From NCBI GenBank assembly GCA_977018835.1, contig OZ361260.1, positions 2,852,001-2,916,000 on the forward strand: 64,000 bases of DNA. The letters run 5' to 3'. The position numbers and the translations under genes were made by a program. Source of the DNA: Minutocellus sp. GHC0000111 (Eukaryota). Each line of letters starts with the position of its first letter. Positions within the stretch are counted from its first letter, which is position 1. Shown piece after piece: positions 60,717-64,000 of this stretch. The notes below the pieces were generated by a model. That model worked only from the letters and a program-made list of their open reading frames with translations, made no database searches and was not told where the DNA came from.

Positions 60717-61635
60717 ATGAAGCGCCATCCTACTCGTAATCTTCGCCGCCGAAGGTCCTTGGTTCGCTTTTAGTCTCCTCGAAAGCATGCGATGGATTTT
60801 TTGCGAGCAGAGCGCTCCGTAGAGCTCCTCGAGGTGCTGCTGTTGCTCACCCGCGCGCCAACGCCATCACCCCAAACCTCAGAATTACCGCCGCCAATCA
60901 ATTTGCAGCAACAGCATCACTTGCTGCCCCTATTTTGATCCAAGGAGGACGACTTTATGAATCTCTCGACGGCCAAAATGATGCTTCTGAAAGTGATGTC
61001 GTGGAAAAGACAAAATCTTCGGACTTGGGCGCTGATGAAAATGCGTTGTCGAGTACGACAAGAAAAGGCATTTCGCTTATGGAGCGAATTCGAATATTGT
61101 CATATCGGACGACCCTTTCCGCATCGTCTCTTCTGATTTCTGCAATTGCTATATGTTCTGGTGATATATTATCTGGAACGGGCGTGGACGGCACTTCAGT
61201 CGTGGAAGAGATGGAATCATCGGTCATGCCCCTCACTGCTGGGATGACAATACTTTTGGCGCCAGTGCCAAACAATGGTTTCAGTCGAGTCATTTCCAAC
61301 TCTGTAGGGATTGCGACAATTGTGTCGGCGATAGCATCGAATGTTTTCGAAGCCAGTAGCGGTTTTGATGACATCCAAAGGGTATTGGTGTCGTTGTTCC
61401 TGGCGAGCATTTGCATCCGCGAGATTTTTTACTTTGGATTGGCCTACAAAGTAGAGGCAGCGATTGCGCTCGTGGCGCTTCCATTCACTTTCGTAATGAC
61501 TTCGGATCAGCAGGTGGCAGAATTCTCGCTATATTTTCATTGGCTATGGATGTGCTTGCAGCTGGAAAGATCTTTGAGCCTTGCGTGGAAGATTTTCAGA
61601 GGTCGAATAGCGAATTCCTAGCTGGCAGCAAGTGA
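60717..61635 (+). CDS. Probable plastid membrane protein, DUF2301-like; frameshifted
   Basis: YR..L, REIFYFG...K.EA, AAGK..EP..ED pattern; presequence-like ...ACDG-F. Frame breaks near 60725-60750 and 61520. Confidence 0.5.
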
Positions 61636-61783
61636 CGAGATTCTTTTTTTAAGAATACATGAGGACATATCCCCATTGCTACATTCATAACGTGCGAATA
61701 GCGACTTTCTATTACATATTACATTATTACATAAACTACGTAGCATAGACGGGGCTTGCGACAGTGGATCTATCCACGTCGCT

Positions 61784-62886
61784 TTACGAAAATCCAACAA
61801 GCTCGACCTCAATAATGAGACTCTGGTCAAATCGTTGCACTAATCGCCGTTGTTGGTCATACCTCTGAGGGAAGGGAAGCTTAGTTTTGTCAAAGCAAGC
61901 CTCTTCGTTTACCATTGTAGCAGTTGGCACAACAACATAATCAGTCTTCAATTCACCCCCAGCACCACTGCCACCCGGCCCACCATCACATTGTTTTCCT
62001 GGAAGCCGCCAACCCATCTGGGGCAAGATTGAAATTCGACGAATCGAACCGGGCGCCATGCCAGGTACCCCATCCGATAGGGCAGCAATTAGAGATGAAG
62101 AACCGAGTGTAGTAATGAATGAAGTATCTCCTGGCTTCTTTTCATCGTCCTCTAGACCATATCCTGGAGTGAAGAAATGAGAATAACCGCATAAAATTAC
62201 GCGATGAGATGAGATGAGATTTTGGGCATTCGTCGCGTCGAGAATGAATGATACCCCATGTGGCCATGTAACTCACCTCGAGAGAAGACGACGGTGCCTT
62301 CGCCAGACAATCCGTCGTAGGACCTCTTTCCCAGTTTTAGAACCTTGCCGCGTAGCTCGACAGTATCTCCTGCCTTGGCCACTCGAATTGTGCTGCTGCT
62401 GCCCTCTTCTCCTTCAGTGCCTGCGACCTCCACGATATCCTTGTATCGGCTCCCGCCCGGCGCCACTTTCGGTGGAGTTGCATTGGCCGTCTCCTCCTCA
62501 AGTTTCTGCTGCGCCAGGCGCTCGGCCTGTTCCTGACATTCCTCTACATTGCGACATTTCTTTTCCGACGATGACCCAGGTGGCGATGACTTGGGTGGCG
62601 GCGCGTTGCCCTTGACGAGAGCGTGGGAGGGGAAGGGGCTGGTGAGGGTGGTGGCGGCGAATACGAAGGCAGCGGCGGAAGATTGAAGTACTGACCGGCG
62701 CGCTACGACAATACCATCATCTTTCGTTTCATTATTGGTTTCTTCTGCCCCTAGAACCATCAGTCCACGGTTTAACGATGAAGAAGGCATGACGAACGCA
62801 GATCCCACTGACGCCTCATTCGCCAACATGGTCGAAACCAGGATTAGCGGGGCACCACATGCCAGCAAGACTGATTTGCGATACAT
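61784..62886 (-). CDS. Thylakoid-lumen FKBP-type peptidyl-prolyl isomerase
   Basis: Signal (GSA-F), Tat RR...SHA, YKDI..., GDTV, GM.PG..RRI.I.PQMGW, LIIEVELV. Intron 62164-62276. Confidence 0.85.
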
Positions 62887-63387
62887 GATATGACGACTGC
62901 TGTAAAAACACTTGTTCAAAATTATTGGCTTGGGAACTTGGAGCCACAGACCCAACCGTGCTTGCCTGGTCTACCGGCGGATATTAGTCTAATATTGTAG
63001 ATACGCACGAAATGGAATGTTGTATCGTCATCATCGACACATGATCCACTAAATATTACTCTGTTAGTGCCATTCTTTGATTTTTTCTCGTTCGGCTGAT
63101 CGTGAAGCCAAGCCAAAAATGACTTGAATTCCCCGCCACCGCTGTCTGAAAGTACCGGTACGTGGAATTGCTTATCTTTGGAGGCCTGGTTCTCGTTTTG
63201 CGCCAGCAGAAGTTCATTCCCTTATCGAAACCAGAATCTTCCCAGTTGAAACTTTGTCTGATCAACGCACAAGCCGGTCGCAGAACCGCAGCAACCAAGG
63301 AAGACATGTCTCCGAACGCTGTCAAACGACAAGACGAAACAGAGCCGACTCGCAGAGAGAAAAGACCCAGACGAAGTAGTGAACACA

Positions 63388-64000
63388 ATGAATACCATGT
63401 CTTCAACTTCGTCAGAGGAAACAATGGCTGCCCTCTTTGAAGAAATCAAGGCGCTGCAGCGCCAACAAGAAGTGTCCACAAGGCACTTGGTTGGTCTTCA
63501 AAGAGATCTCGCCGACTTGCAGCATCAAGTTGAAACCGATCTTGTCCAGCGGCACGAGAAGGAAATACTTCTGGAAATAAACCTCGACAACGAAATGGAG
63601 GCCCTGGTCGACTTCTCTAGCTCGGTCCGTCATCTCGACGACATTCATTTGCACAGCGTGCTTCTCCAAGATGTTCTCGAAGAAGAGGACGGCGGGGAAG
63701 ACAGCGACGAAGTCACTGCCTCCACTAGGATTCCTACCCTCTCCACCGAGAGCCAAAAGCTCGTCTCCGAAGCTACCAACGTAGTTCGATCCCACGCACT
63801 CCGACTTCGGAAAATTGTTGATGATGACCTCGAGTCTGAGGCCAATCATCGCATTGAAATAGAAAGTATCCGAGACAGAATCCGATGCGTTCAGGGAGTC
63901 ATTGATCGACTACAGAACAAGATCGTCACCCTTCGCAAAGATCTGAAGAAGCTAAAAAGGCTGAGAGAAGAGCAGCTCGAACGAGCCAAAAGGGAGGAAA
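63388..64000 (+). CDS. Coiled-coil protein, runs off the window end
   Basis: Open frame MNTMSSTSSEETMAALFEEIKALQRQQ...KKLKRLREEQLERAKREE with no stop before 64000. Confidence 0.6.
   Translation, partial: MNTMSSTSSEETMAALFEEIKALQRQQEVSTRHLVGLQRDLADLQHQVETDLVQRHEKEILLEINLDNEMEALVDFSSSVRHLDDIHLHSVLLQDVLEEEDGGEDSDEVTASTRIPTLSTESQKLVSEATNVVRSHALRLRKIVDDDLESEANHRIEIESIRDRIRCVQGVIDRLQNKIVTLRKDLKKLKRLREEQLERAKREE

Overview
Gene-dense eukaryotic nuclear DNA from a diatom. The evidence is a silicon transporter (SIT), several bipartite ASA-F-type plastid presequences and short GT-AG introns. About 28 protein-coding genes are recognisable: aroB, a USP, RUVBL2, PEX13-like, a PHD/PWWP/PDZ/chromo protein, two triose-phosphate translocators, a CXC/tesmin protein, a GDH-like protein, DUF4954-like, a GH17 glucanase, a CaMK-like kinase, a His-phosphatase, SIT, an hnRNP-Q-AcD/RS protein, an AroD-AroE fusion, an HMG-box protein, a KH protein, CP12-like, RPS5, an FKBP and others. 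Mobile DNA comprises a complete TA-flanked Tc1/mariner-type element (22727-25048, DD38D), a degenerate LINE and a transposase remnant. The most notable observations are: (i) an intact, well-formed GDH homologue that has lost all catalytic lysines (probable pseudoenzyme); (ii) chains of TA-flanked palindromes in intergenic DNA that resemble accumulated transposon excision footprints; (iii) a DD38D transposon with an HMG-like N-terminus and a possible second ORF; (iv) a high lesion load (frameshifts, a nonsense codon, TTG/GTG at expected starts), so the sequence is either a noisy assembly or a decayed haplotype. All family calls are from motif recognition by eye; no searches were run.
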